Source: Candidatus Eiseniibacteriota bacterium (GTDB lineage: Bacteria; Arandabacterota; Arandabacteria; Arandabacterales; Arandabacteraceae). Taken from it: a stretch of 64,000 nucleotides of DNA. Position 1 is the stretch's first letter, and each line of letters starts with the position of its first letter. This document shows positions 18,010 through 27,582 of the stretch, piece after piece. The stretch is from the NCBI GenBank assembly GCA_043810925.1, contig JBDRNT010000094.1, forward strand, positions 1 to 64,000. Reading direction: 5' to 3'. A model generated the notes under the pieces. It made no database searches. It was not told where the DNA came from and saw nothing but the letters and a program-made list of their open reading frames with translations. The translations under genes and the position numbers were made by a program.

Positions 18010-19184
18010 AAAAACGGTCTTTTCACATCGCAAGCGAGCGGGACATACGGCTCGGGCGTACGACAGACGTCTATTTCGACAGGACGGTCGAGATACTCAA
18101 GCGCTCGAAATCCTCCAGCCGGGTCAAGGCGGAGTTTACTGCGAAGAGCCTGCCTCCCGACTACGCGTGGGCTATCATGGCCGGTCTCGAGGAATGCCTG
18201 AGCCTCCTCGAAGGGCTCGATATCGATCTCAGGGCGGTCGATGAGGGTACCGTCATAAGGCCCGACGAACCTGTGATGACGATAGAAGGCAACTACATCG
18301 ATTTCGGAGCTCTCGAGACCCCGCTCCTCGGTTTTCTGTGCCAGGCTTCGGGTGTTGCCACGAAGGCGGCACGGCTGAGGATCGCAGCGGGTGAGCATAC
18401 GCTCATAAGTTTCGGCGCCAGGCGTATGCATCCGGCCGTGTCACCTATGATCGAACGGAATGCTTTTGTCGGCGGATGTGACGGCGTCGCAACCGTCAAG
18501 GCGGGTGAGATGCTGGGGATCGAACCGTCGGGTACGATGCCCCATGCGCTGGTCATACTGAGTGGCGGGATCGATGAAGCCCTGGCCGGGTTCGACAAGT
18601 ACATGCCCAAAGACATCAAGCGTATCGCTCTCGTCGACACTTTCGGGGATGAGAAGTTCGAAGCACTGGCGGCATGCGATACGCTCGGGCGTGGGCTCTA
18701 CGGTGTCAGGCTGGATACGCCACGCTCGAGACGGGGTGACATGTACGAAATCGTCAGGGAACTGAGGTGGGAGCTCGATCTTCGGGGCTACTCCCATGTC
18801 AGGATTCTCGTGAGCGGTGGATTGGACGAAGCAGAGATCGAGGATCTCGGTGAGGTGGTCGACGGTTTCGGTGTCGGCACTTGTTTGAGCAATGCGCGTG
18901 TGATTGACTACGCGATGGACATAGTTGAAGTTGACGGTGAGTCCCGTGCCAAGAGAGGCAAGATGAGCGGTGAGAAAAAGCTCCTGAGGTGCGCCGGATG
19001 TCACAGTGATTTTGTTGTACCGGCCAGGAGCCGCGCACGCGTAAGATGCGAATGCGGGGGTAAGGTCGAGAACCTGAGCCGCGACTTTATCAAAGGCGGC
19101 CGGATCACGAGGAGACTGCCGGCACCCAAGGACTTAAGAAAGCGCGTGCTCAAGAGCCTGAGTTGGATTGATGGGAGGATGTAG
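18006..19184 (+). CDS. pncB: Nicotinate phosphoribosyltransferase
   Basis: TDVYF, SFGARRMHP, GTMPHAL, LVDTF, VRLDTP, SGGLD, FGVGT. Confidence 0.92.
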   Translation: MKKRSFHIASERDIRLGRTTDVYFDRTVEILKRSKSSSRVKAEFTAKSLPPDYAWAIMAGLEECLSLLEGLDIDLRAVDEGTVIRPDEPVMTIEGNYIDFGALETPLLGFLCQASGVATKAARLRIAAGEHTLISFGARRMHPAVSPMIERNAFVGGCDGVATVKAGEMLGIEPSGTMPHALVILSGGIDEALAGFDKYMPKDIKRIALVDTFGDEKFEALAACDTLGRGLYGVRLDTPRSRRGDMYEIVRELRWELDLRGYSHVRILVSGGLDEAEIEDLGEVVDGFGVGTCLSNARVIDYAMDIVEVDGESRAKRGKMSGEKKLLRCAGCHSDFVVPARSRARVRCECGGKVENLSRDFIKGGRITRRLPAPKDLRKRVLKSLSWIDGRM

Positions 19185-20200
19185 TGTCCATTCTGAGACA
19201 GGATCTTGCGACCAGAACCTGGAGCATTATCGCCAAGGAGCGCGGCAAGCGCCCCGACGATTTCGCCAGGAAGAAAGCGGATGCAAAGCCCAAGACGTCA
19301 CATGATGAGAAATGCCCGTTTTGCCGCGGCAACGAGCATAAGACGCCCGAGGCGGTGTTCTCACTTCCCGCAACCGGAGCTGGGAATGATAAGGACTGGG
19401 CCCTTCGGGTGGTGCCGAACAAGTTTTCGGCCTTGGCTCCACCGGAGCCCGGGTCGGACCCCGGAAGGACGAAAACAGGCATCTATCTTGAGATGTGCGG
19501 TTGCGGTGCACATGAGGTAGTGATCGAGGTACCCGACCATTCCAAGACGATTGCAACCATGAGCGACGAGGAGGTTGCAAGGATCGTCCACACGTATAGA
19601 GAGAGATTTCTCGAGCTGGACCGGTCCGACTGGAACCAGTTGATCATAGTTTTCAGAAACCAGGGCGAAGAGGCGGGCACGTCGCTTGAACATCCGCATT
19701 CCCAGATAATCGGCACCCCGATAGTTCCCCAGGAGATCAGGCGCAGGCTAGAGGAGGCCCAGAGGTATTACGATGACCATGGCACATGTGTCTACTGTGA
19801 CATACTCCACCATGAGTTGGCCGAAAAGACACGGCTGGTCTGTTCCAACGCAGGGTTCGTTGCCCTTTGTCCTTTCGCGTCCACGGTACCCTATGAGATG
19901 TGGATCCTGCCACGACGACATGCGTCATCGTTCGGGGTCCTGACCGAGGAGGGCGCTGATCTGCTCGCCAAACTGCTTAGAGAGACTCTCTTGAGATTGC
20001 ACCGCCTGCTCGGCAATCCCGATTACAACTACGTTGTGCGGTCCGCCCCCCACTACTCTGCCGGCGAGCCGCACTTCCACTGGTATGTCGAGGTCCTGCC
20101 CAGACTTTCCACGCGCGCCGGTTTTGAGATCGGCAGCGGCATGAACATAAACATAGTCGCCCCTGAAGATGCTGCCGCTCAGCTCAGGAAGGCGCTCTGA
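19184..20200 (+). CDS. galT: Galactose-1-phosphate uridylyltransferase
   Basis: CPFC, VVPNKF, HEVVIE, GTSLEHPHSQ, AGFEIGSG. Confidence 0.92.
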   Translation: MSILRQDLATRTWSIIAKERGKRPDDFARKKADAKPKTSHDEKCPFCRGNEHKTPEAVFSLPATGAGNDKDWALRVVPNKFSALAPPEPGSDPGRTKTGIYLEMCGCGAHEVVIEVPDHSKTIATMSDEEVARIVHTYRERFLELDRSDWNQLIIVFRNQGEEAGTSLEHPHSQIIGTPIVPQEIRRRLEEAQRYYDDHGTCVYCDILHHELAEKTRLVCSNAGFVALCPFASTVPYEMWILPRRHASSFGVLTEEGADLLAKLLRETLLRLHRLLGNPDYNYVVRSAPHYSAGEPHFHWYVEVLPRLSTRAGFEIGSGMNINIVAPEDAAAQLRKAL

Positions 20201-20201
20201 G

Positions 20202-20864
20202 ATGAAACAGGGAAACCTGGAGGCGAAGCGGAGCCAGATGGTGGAGCAACAGATACTGTCACGTGGTGTCCAGGACCGGCTCGTGCTCGAAGCCATGAGA
20301 AAGGTCCCCAGGCATCTGTTTGTGCCGAGCGAACGAGTGGATTCCGCCTATGCGGACAGGCCACTTCCGATCGGGTGCGGTCAGACTATCTCGCAACCCT
20401 ACATGGTGGCGGTGATGACGGAGGCCCTGGCCCTTGAGGGACATGAGAAGGTGCTTGAAATCGGTACCGGCTCGGGTTACCAGGCCGCGATACTTGCGGA
20501 GATTACGGATCATGTTGTATCGCTTGAGCGACAGCCCGAGCTTGCAGATGCGGCGGCGCAGACCCTGAAGGCGCTCGGCTACGTAAATGTTGAGATCATG
20601 GTCGGTGACGGCTCGAAGGGGTATCCTGAGAGGGCTCCATATGACGGTATCCTCGTCACGGCCGGAGCACCGGACATGCCGCATGTTCTCATCGAGCAGC
20701 TTACCGATGGAGGTAGGCTGGTCATTCCGGTCGGCAACAGCTTCCAGCAGACATTGACGAGGGTGACACGAAGGGGTGATGACTACGAGACTGAGAAGTT
20801 GGAGGGATGTGTATTTGTCCCCCTGATAGGTGAATACGGATGGAAAGAGAGCGAGGTCGAGTAG
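20202..20864 (+). CDS. pcm: Protein-L-isoaspartate O-methyltransferase
   Basis: VPRHLF, GQTISQPY, VLEIGTGSGYQAA, APYDGILVTA, FVPL. Confidence 0.95.
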   Translation: MKQGNLEAKRSQMVEQQILSRGVQDRLVLEAMRKVPRHLFVPSERVDSAYADRPLPIGCGQTISQPYMVAVMTEALALEGHEKVLEIGTGSGYQAAILAEITDHVVSLERQPELADAAAQTLKALGYVNVEIMVGDGSKGYPERAPYDGILVTAGAPDMPHVLIEQLTDGGRLVIPVGNSFQQTLTRVTRRGDDYETEKLEGCVFVPLIGEYGWKESEVE

Positions 20865-20886
20865 CGGCAGGAGGAGAATTCCGCAG

Positions 20887-22002
20887 ATGATAAATCGCAA
20901 GCAGATAATCGACTTACTTCACTTCAGATCGGGCTCGCATCCCGTGCTGAGCTTCTACATGGGGATCGGTGTTTACAAGGCGCAGCGCAAGGCCTACGAG
21001 ATCGAGGCGAAGGACATAATGAAGAAGGCGATAACCGAGGCCGGTATCACGGGGGAGGCCCGGAAACATGTGGAGGAGGATGTTCACAGGATCCAGAATT
21101 TTCTCACGATGGATTTCAAGGGACGGGCGAAGGGGCTTGCGATATTCGCCTCAAAGCCTGCCGGGCTCTGGCAGGTCTTCAGGCTTCCTGTGACGGTTCC
21201 GGACAGATGCGTCGTCGACCAGATGCCTTTTGTGCTCCCTGTTCTTAAGATAGTCGACGAGGGACGACGTTACTGTGTTGTTGTTGTCGATAAGGAAAAG
21301 GCAAGATTGTTCACGGTCTATCTTGGAGAGATACTGGAGAGAACGGACATACTCGATGATGTGCCCGGGTGGCACAAGCAGGGGGGGATGGCCCAGGCGA
21401 GGTTCCAGAGGCATATTGAGGATCATGTCAACAGACACCTCAAGCACGTGGCGGATACCATGTTCCGATTCCACAAGGCCGAAGGATTCGGTCACGTGAT
21501 CATAGGGGGCTCTCAGGAAGTGCGAACAAGGCTCAACCGGGTTCTTCACTCGTACCTCCAGAGCATAGTGGTCGGTCACATATCCACCGATGTGACATCC
21601 AACATAAACGAAATCAAAGCCGCTGCAAAGAAGATCGAGCGGGAGACCGAGGAGCGAAAGGCCAGGGAGATAGCAGAAAGACTGCTTGCCCGGTCGGGCC
21701 CGGGTGATATGACGGTGACAGGGCTTAAGAACACTGTTGCCGCGCTCCAGGAGGGACGGGTTCATACGCTTGTCCTGGTAGATAACCACGAGATCGGTGG
21801 CTGCCTGTGCGCTGACTGCGGCAGTGTTGAGGTGATGGGTGCCGGGGAGTGCGTGTTTTGTGAAAAGAAACTTAGCAAGATCGGGGATGTCTCAGAACAC
21901 CTTGCAGTGCTGGCCGTTGAACACGATGCAGAGGTGAATTACGTACAGCCCAAGTCCGGCCTTGAAGAGGTTGACGGTGTCGGTGCTATCTTGAGATGGT
22001 AA
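20887..22002 (+). CDS. Bacterial archaeo-eukaryotic release factor (baeRF/aeRF1-like) protein
   Basis: HKQGGMAQARFQR loop, GLAIF, Zn-ribbon CADC..CVFC, GVGAILRW end. Confidence 0.85.
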   Translation: MINRKQIIDLLHFRSGSHPVLSFYMGIGVYKAQRKAYEIEAKDIMKKAITEAGITGEARKHVEEDVHRIQNFLTMDFKGRAKGLAIFASKPAGLWQVFRLPVTVPDRCVVDQMPFVLPVLKIVDEGRRYCVVVVDKEKARLFTVYLGEILERTDILDDVPGWHKQGGMAQARFQRHIEDHVNRHLKHVADTMFRFHKAEGFGHVIIGGSQEVRTRLNRVLHSYLQSIVVGHISTDVTSNINEIKAAAKKIERETEERKAREIAERLLARSGPGDMTVTGLKNTVAALQEGRVHTLVLVDNHEIGGCLCADCGSVEVMGAGECVFCEKKLSKIGDVSEHLAVLAVEHDAEVNYVQPKSGLEEVDGVGAILRW

Positions 22003-22060
22003 GATTCGTGGGCGGAAAGGCCGGCGGGGATATTCGATGAGATAGGAGGGTGGAGCTAAG

Positions 22061-22750
22061 ATGGGACTCATCCACATGACAGGTATTGTCAAAGAGTATG
22101 AGATGGGCGAAGCAATGGTCCATGCACTGCGGGGGATAGAACTTGAAGTCAAGAGTGGTGAGTTCCTGGCCATCGTCGGACCATCGGGTTCGGGCAAGTC
22201 CACACTGATGAATCTCATCGGATGCCTTGACAGGCCTACCTCGGGCGAGTATTACCCCGACGGCCGCAAGGTTGACGATCTGAGTGACGACGAACTCGCG
22301 CGCATCAGGAACAAGAGCATAGGTTTTGTTTTCCAGACATTCAATCTTCTTCCGAGGACGAACTGTCTTCATAACGTGGAGCTGCCGCTGCTGTACTCAA
22401 ATGTCGGCAGGAAGGACAGGGAGAGGACGGCCCTTGAGATCCTTGAGCGGGTCGGGCTTAAAGACCGAGTGTATCACAATCCCAACGAGCTCTCAGGCGG
22501 AGAGAGACAGCGGGTGGCAATCGCCAGAGCGCTTGTCAACGATCCCACAATCGTTCTTGCCGACGAGCCCACCGGTAATCTCGACAGCAAGACCGGGTCT
22601 GAGATCATGGCCATATTTACGGAGCTGAATAAAGAGGGCAAGACGATCGTGCTTGTCACACACGAGAAGTACATCGCGGACTATTCGGCAAGAGTGATCT
22701 ACCTCAGGGACGGCAGGGTGGTGAAGGAGGATGCCGAAGTCCTGAGGTGA
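22061..22750 (+). CDS. ABC transporter ATP-binding protein (LolD/MacB-like)
   Basis: GPSGSGKST, LSGGERQRVAIARAL, ADEPTGNLD. Confidence 0.95.
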   Translation: MGLIHMTGIVKEYEMGEAMVHALRGIELEVKSGEFLAIVGPSGSGKSTLMNLIGCLDRPTSGEYYPDGRKVDDLSDDELARIRNKSIGFVFQTFNLLPRTNCLHNVELPLLYSNVGRKDRERTALEILERVGLKDRVYHNPNELSGGERQRVAIARALVNDPTIVLADEPTGNLDSKTGSEIMAIFTELNKEGKTIVLVTHEKYIADYSARVIYLRDGRVVKEDAEVLR

Positions 22751-22871
22751 CATAACGCGCGGCGCCGTGTGTATCGGCTCAGGCGGCGTCAGCCTCATTC
22801 ACCGGTCCTCGGCGTATCTTAAACATAAGCCTGCCCGCGATTCATTCGGCTTCCTTGCCATCTCCGACACC

Positions 22872-24116
22872 CTATTTGGGGCCTTCTGAATTGCCGGCTT
22901 TATCCAGTCCGAGGTCCGTGTGCAGTCTTTGTATTGCGCGGACTACCTCCGTCTCTTTTACTGCGACGGTCATGGTGATTCCCGACGTTGAGATCATCTC
23001 CGGTTGGAGGTCAAGTGAAGCCAGTGAGGCAAGGATCTTCTTCGCCATGCCCGGTTTGCCACAGAGACCGTGACCGACGATGGAAATCGTCGCCAGTCCT
23101 TCATCGATGTCGAGGTCCGCGTCCGGGAGCACTTCAGAGATGCGGCTGAGCGCCGGTTTCTTCTGATCGCGTTGGAGCATTATGGAGATGGTCCCTTTCC
23201 TGACGCCGGCGGGGGAGATGTTGAAGAATCTCACCCCGATGTCCGCTTCTTCAAGAGCTCCGAGCATACGTTGGGCAAGACCGGCGGCGTCTTCGGCGTC
23301 TCTGACGCTGACGCTGACGAGGTCTAAGTCCTGGGTGATTCCTCTTATCCCGGCGGTTTCGATATCTTCCCTTGCTGTCACGATTGTCCCAATCTCCTTC
23401 CTGAAGGACGAGCGCACATGCACTCTCACTCCGAAACGCCTTGCAACCTCGACACTCCTCCAATGAAGAACCTGCGCTCCGCAAAGCGATAGCTCGAGCA
23501 TCTCGTCATAGGATATTATCTCGATCTTCCTGGCACGGGGCACGAGGCGTGGGTCGGCGGTATAGATTCCATCGACGTCCGTGAAAATGTCGCACTCCTC
23601 GGCGTGAAAAGCCGCTGCGAGCGCCACGCAGGTCGTATCGGACCCGCCCCTGCCCAGAGTTGTGACCTCTTTTGCAGGACTTACGCCCTGAAACCCGGCG
23701 ACGATTACGATTCTCCCCTTCTCGAGCTCCTCCCCGACCCGATGCGCTCTGACATCCAGTATCTTGGCTGTCGTGTGGCTCGTATCGGTCACAATCCCGC
23801 TCTGAGAACCGGTGAAGGATATCGCCTCATATCCGAGATCGCTTATGGCCATTGAGAGAAGAGCCATGGAGATCCTCTCCCCGGCGGTAAGCAGCATGTC
23901 GAGTTCCCGTTTCGACGGGTTTGGGGACACCGTCTTAGCCAGTTCGAAGAGCTGGTCGGTGGTGTCCCCCATCGCGGACACGACCACGATAACGTCCTTA
24001 CCCTGTCTCTTCTCTTCAACCAGGTGTGCGGCGACCATCTTGATCCTGTCGGGGGAGGCAAGGGATGTCCCCCCGAACTTCTGCACAACCAGGGTGCCCG
24101 ATCTCACTTTTGCCAC
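22872..24116 (-). CDS. lysC: Aspartate kinase with ACT domains
   Basis: [35 protein letters not shown]. Confidence 0.95.
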   Translation of the reverse strand: MAKVRSGTLVVQKFGGTSLASPDRIKMVAAHLVEEKRQGKDVIVVVSAMGDTTDQLFELAKTVSPNPSKRELDMLLTAGERISMALLSMAISDLGYEAISFTGSQSGIVTDTSHTTAKILDVRAHRVGEELEKGRIVIVAGFQGVSPAKEVTTLGRGGSDTTCVALAAAFHAEECDIFTDVDGIYTADPRLVPRARKIEIISYDEMLELSLCGAQVLHWRSVEVARRFGVRVHVRSSFRKEIGTIVTAREDIETAGIRGITQDLDLVSVSVRDAEDAAGLAQRMLGALEEADIGVRFFNISPAGVRKGTISIMLQRDQKKPALSRISEVLPDADLDIDEGLATISIVGHGLCGKPGMAKKILASLASLDLQPEMISTSGITMTVAVKETEVVRAIQRLHTDLGLDKAGNSEGPK

Positions 24117-24222
24117 GTTTCTCCTCGCTTTACTTCTTAGACGAAGTTATGTTAAGGTGCTGGTTCAGCGATTTGCAAGCGATATATAATATGTGGTTGT
24201 TTCACATGATAAGGAGGCTAAG

Positions 24223-24861
24223 ATGTCGAGAAAACTATGCTTGGCGGTCGCAGCCCTGATCACCCTGACTCTCGTCATCGGCTGTGGCGGCCGTGCGGTG
24301 AAACGTGCCCCGGTTGAGGATGTGACCCGTGACCTGGACCCCGATACCAGGGTCGAGATGCTTGAGCAGTTGGCCGTCAACTTTCCCGATGATGCCAACG
24401 TGTACTACGAGCTCGGCAATACCTTCTATGAACAGGCGTTGCCCAACGATGCCAGGCGCAACTATGAGAAGGCCCTCGGTCTCGACCCCGAAATGAACCC
24501 CGCGCGGGTGAACCTGGCGATGCTGCTCGCCGAATCGGATGAGGTTGACAGTGCTAAGGTTCTTCTCAGAGAAGCCCTCGAAATCAATCCGAACGATGCC
24601 AAGGCATATACCAATCTCGGCGTCGTCTATTACACAGAGATGAACGTCGATGCGGCTGTGAAGCAATTCACCAAGGCGCTTGAGATCGAGCCGGACAACC
24701 TCGAGGCACACTATAATCTGGGACTTGCGTTTGCGGAGTCCGGGCTGCTTGTCGAGGCGATAACCGAGTGGAGGCTGATCGTGGAGTTGGACGAAACCAG
24801 CGAGACAGCAGAGCGGGCAAGGCTCTCACTCGATCGCGCCGAGAGGGATCTGAAAAAGTAA
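24223..24861 (+). CDS. TPR-repeat lipoprotein
   Basis: Lipobox VIGC; TPR motifs (AYTNLG, AHYNLG). Confidence 0.85.
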   Translation: MSRKLCLAVAALITLTLVIGCGGRAVKRAPVEDVTRDLDPDTRVEMLEQLAVNFPDDANVYYELGNTFYEQALPNDARRNYEKALGLDPEMNPARVNLAMLLAESDEVDSAKVLLREALEINPNDAKAYTNLGVVYYTEMNVDAAVKQFTKALEIEPDNLEAHYNLGLAFAESGLLVEAITEWRLIVELDETSETAERARLSLDRAERDLKK

Positions 24862-24949
24862 CGGATTGACACCGATTGACCGATTTGTTAATGTCTGGCG
24901 TCAAGAACTTGTCATACGCTTGATGGGCATATTGAAAGGAGCGGAATCA

Positions 24950-26092
24950 ATGGCGGCGAGGATCGCAGCGATTTCCTTTCTGGTTATGGCACTCGCACTG
25001 GTTATAGGATGCGTAAGCCAGCAGGCATCCGACACCCCTCGACCTTCTCCGGATAGAGACGACATAGAGGTAAGCGAGGTTGACAAGCATTACTATCTGG
25101 GGGCGGAGTACCTGAGAAACGACATGTTCGGGGAAGCCACGAGGGAGTTTTTGGCTGTCCTGGAGATCGATCCCAACTATCAGAAGGCCTACACCAACCT
25201 GGGTTTCATATACCTCCAGCAGAGACGGCTTACCGAGTCGATCGAGGCGTATCAGAAGGCCGTCGAACTGTCGCCGAATGATTCCGAGGGACATGCAGGT
25301 TTGGGCTGGGCCTATATGGCTGATGGGCAGTTCAAGGAGGCGACCGAGGAGTACAGAATCGCCACCAAACTGGCGCCGAACGCCCCCGACAACTTCCTCA
25401 ATCTCGGGGCTGCGTATGAAAAGCAGGGGCTTCTGCCTGAAGCGATCGAGTCATATCGCAAGGCCGTGGAACTCAAGCCCGATGACCTCAGTAACGTCCT
25501 GACCCTGGGTAACCTGCTCTATGAGAACGAGCTATTCGTCGATGCGATAAGCGTTTACACGCACGCTGTCACGCTGGCTCCCGAGGAGTTCAGTGTCGTA
25601 AAAACACTCGGGTGGTTGCATCTCAAGGTAGAGGACTACGAGTCGGCCATTGAGTTTTATGAGAAAGCCGCAGCGATGAAACCTGAAGATGGCCAGCTGA
25701 GGTACTGGCTGGCCGCCTCATACGATAAGATTGGGAACGCGTCGAAGTCCATAGAACACATGGAGAAGGCGCTGGAGCTCAATCCTGAGAATCCCGACTT
25801 CTACTGGCTTCTGGCCGACCAGTATGTGAAGGTGAAGAGGTACAGTGACGCGATATCGGTTGTGCGGCGGGAACTTGAAATAAGGCCCAAGAGTGCGGCC
25901 GCCTACTGCATCTGGGGCAAGGCGCTTGAGAAGCAGGGAGACTTCGAAGGGGCTATCAACAAGTTCCAGAGGGCGGTGGAGTGTAACGACCCCGCCTGGC
26001 ATGACTACGCCATTAAGGAAATAGGGCGTCAGGAGGCGCTGATCAAACGGCGCGAGGCCATAGAGGAACAGGAAGCCTTCGACGACGAGTAG
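24950..26092 (+). CDS. TPR-repeat lipoprotein
   Basis: Lipobox VIGC; many TPR repeats. Confidence 0.85.
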   Translation: MAARIAAISFLVMALALVIGCVSQQASDTPRPSPDRDDIEVSEVDKHYYLGAEYLRNDMFGEATREFLAVLEIDPNYQKAYTNLGFIYLQQRRLTESIEAYQKAVELSPNDSEGHAGLGWAYMADGQFKEATEEYRIATKLAPNAPDNFLNLGAAYEKQGLLPEAIESYRKAVELKPDDLSNVLTLGNLLYENELFVDAISVYTHAVTLAPEEFSVVKTLGWLHLKVEDYESAIEFYEKAAAMKPEDGQLRYWLAASYDKIGNASKSIEHMEKALELNPENPDFYWLLADQYVKVKRYSDAISVVRRELEIRPKSAAAYCIWGKALEKQGDFEGAINKFQRAVECNDPAWHDYAIKEIGRQEALIKRREAIEEQEAFDDE

Positions 26093-26098
26093 CCTACC

Positions 26099-26208
26099 GG
26101 GGTCAGGACAATTCCGGTGATAATTTCGGTGACACCAAACTTAATTATTGTCAATTAAGTTTGGTGTCACCGAAATTGTTAGCATCGGAATTTTCGAGCT
26201 CTGACCCC
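26099..26208. repeat. Nested palindromic element: GGGGTCAG...CTGACCCC outer arms around a perfect 25-bp inverted repeat
   Basis: 26122-26146 AATTTCGGTGACACCAAACTTAATT is the reverse complement of 26153-26177; AATTCCGGTG/CATCGGAATT form intermediate arms. Confidence 0.92.
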
Positions 26209-26295
26209 ATTTACTCTGCCCCCCTTTGCCCCTTTGTTCTTGACACTCCCGTAACCTGTTATTATACAATATAAGTAGCCGGATTCCCCATTTGT

Positions 26296-26381
26296 GGAGG
26301 GATGGCCGAGCGGTCGAAGGCGGCGGTCTTGAAAACCGTTGACCGAAAGGTCCGTGGGTTCGAATCCTACTCCCTCCGCCA
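26296..26381 (+). tRNA. tRNA-Ser(TGA)
   Basis: GGAGGGA/TCCCTCC acceptor stem, anticodon loop CT-TGA-AA, long variable arm, GTTCGAATC, CCA. Confidence 0.97.
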
Positions 26382-26403
26382 TCTGAGTTTCCGGAGGAAT
26401 CGG

Positions 26404-26499
<96 letters not shown>

Positions 26500-26533
26500 G
26501 ACAAGGTAATGGAGGAAGATAGGCTTGGAGAAT

Positions 26534-26607
26534 GCGCCTGTAGCTCAATTGGATAGAGCGCGTGGCTACGGACCACGAGGCTGCGGGTTCAAATCCTGCC
26601 AGGCGCG
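26534..26607 (+). tRNA. tRNA-Arg(ACG), CCA not encoded
   Basis: GCGCCTG/CAGGCGC acceptor stem, CGTGG-CT-ACG-GA-CCACG anticodon arm, GTTCAAATC. Confidence 0.96.
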
Positions 26608-26640
26608 CTCCTTACACTAAGTGATGTGGGGGGTAAGAAG

Positions 26641-27519
26641 ATGAGAACTGCCGTCGTGACAGTAACTGCCGTATTGATCCTGCTGGCCGTGGTGCAGGTG
26701 GGCCCCGAGGCGAGAACGTTGAAGGTGCCGGAAGACTTCAAGGGTGTACAGGAGGCGGTCGGTGAGGCAACGTACGGTGACACAATACTGGTGTCCCCGG
26801 GGACTTACAAGGTCCAGGCCAAACTGAGGAGCGGTGTCAAGGTCCTCTCAACAGACGGTCCTGACTCGACCGTTTTGTGGAACAGACGCTGGCATATCCT
26901 GGAGCTGATCGATTGCGATCTCGAAACCGAGATTTCGGGCTTCACCTTCGAGGGCAAAGGCTGCAACACTTGTCTGCCGTGTACTACAGGGGCTCCGGCG
27001 ATCACCGGCAACGTGATCAAGAACTCCTGGGACGGCATCAATCTGCTTAACTGCAATGCTCTTGTCTCAGGCAACACCATAACCGGCTGTAACCGGGGTG
27101 TTTACCTTGAATACAGCGACCCGGAGCTGATAGAGAACACCTTCACGCGAAATGGTGACGCGGTCTCGATGGTCGGCGGTGCCCCCGTGATCGCCAGATG
27201 CACGTTCGAGCATAACGGCAGAGCATTTCTTATCTTCGGGCACTCCTATCCCACAATCGGAGGCTCGCTGACAACGGCAAACAACATCCTTACAAACGGT
27301 TTCATGGTTTACAATGCAGGTCTACGCATAGACGGTACGTTGTATACAGATGAAAAAGAAGTAGCTGTGGCGACTCATAACTACTGGGGAAGCGATTGCC
27401 CGGACGGCAAGCGGAACCGGGGAGAGGTCGCTTTCACTCCGTGGACCAACGCGGCGCATGACTCGGTGTTTTACGATTGTCCGGAGGCGCCGATCATGGA
27501 AGAGGACACATCTGAGTGA
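26641..27519 (+). CDS. Secreted right-handed beta-helix repeat protein
   Basis: Signal peptide, VPEDF..VQEAV, ISGFTF, ATHNYWG..FTPW. Confidence 0.8.
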   Translation: MRTAVVTVTAVLILLAVVQVGPEARTLKVPEDFKGVQEAVGEATYGDTILVSPGTYKVQAKLRSGVKVLSTDGPDSTVLWNRRWHILELIDCDLETEISGFTFEGKGCNTCLPCTTGAPAITGNVIKNSWDGINLLNCNALVSGNTITGCNRGVYLEYSDPELIENTFTRNGDAVSMVGGAPVIARCTFEHNGRAFLIFGHSYPTIGGSLTTANNILTNGFMVYNAGLRIDGTLYTDEKEVAVATHNYWGSDCPDGKRNRGEVAFTPWTNAAHDSVFYDCPEAPIMEEDTSE

Positions 27520-27582
27520 TCCGGTTCCGGGGTTGGTTCCGGGGGCACACCGGTGTGGCTGTCCGTGTCCGGAGGTGGGATA

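Noticed and set aside
21381..21387. G7 tract in baeRF and C8 tract at 58360-58367 as phase-variation sites
   Set aside because: Short runs are expected at this GC content; the reading frame is intact and there is no evidence of variation.
24117..24222. Lysine riboswitch upstream of lysC
   Set aside because: The divergent intergenic region is only about 105 nt and shows no recognisable motifs.
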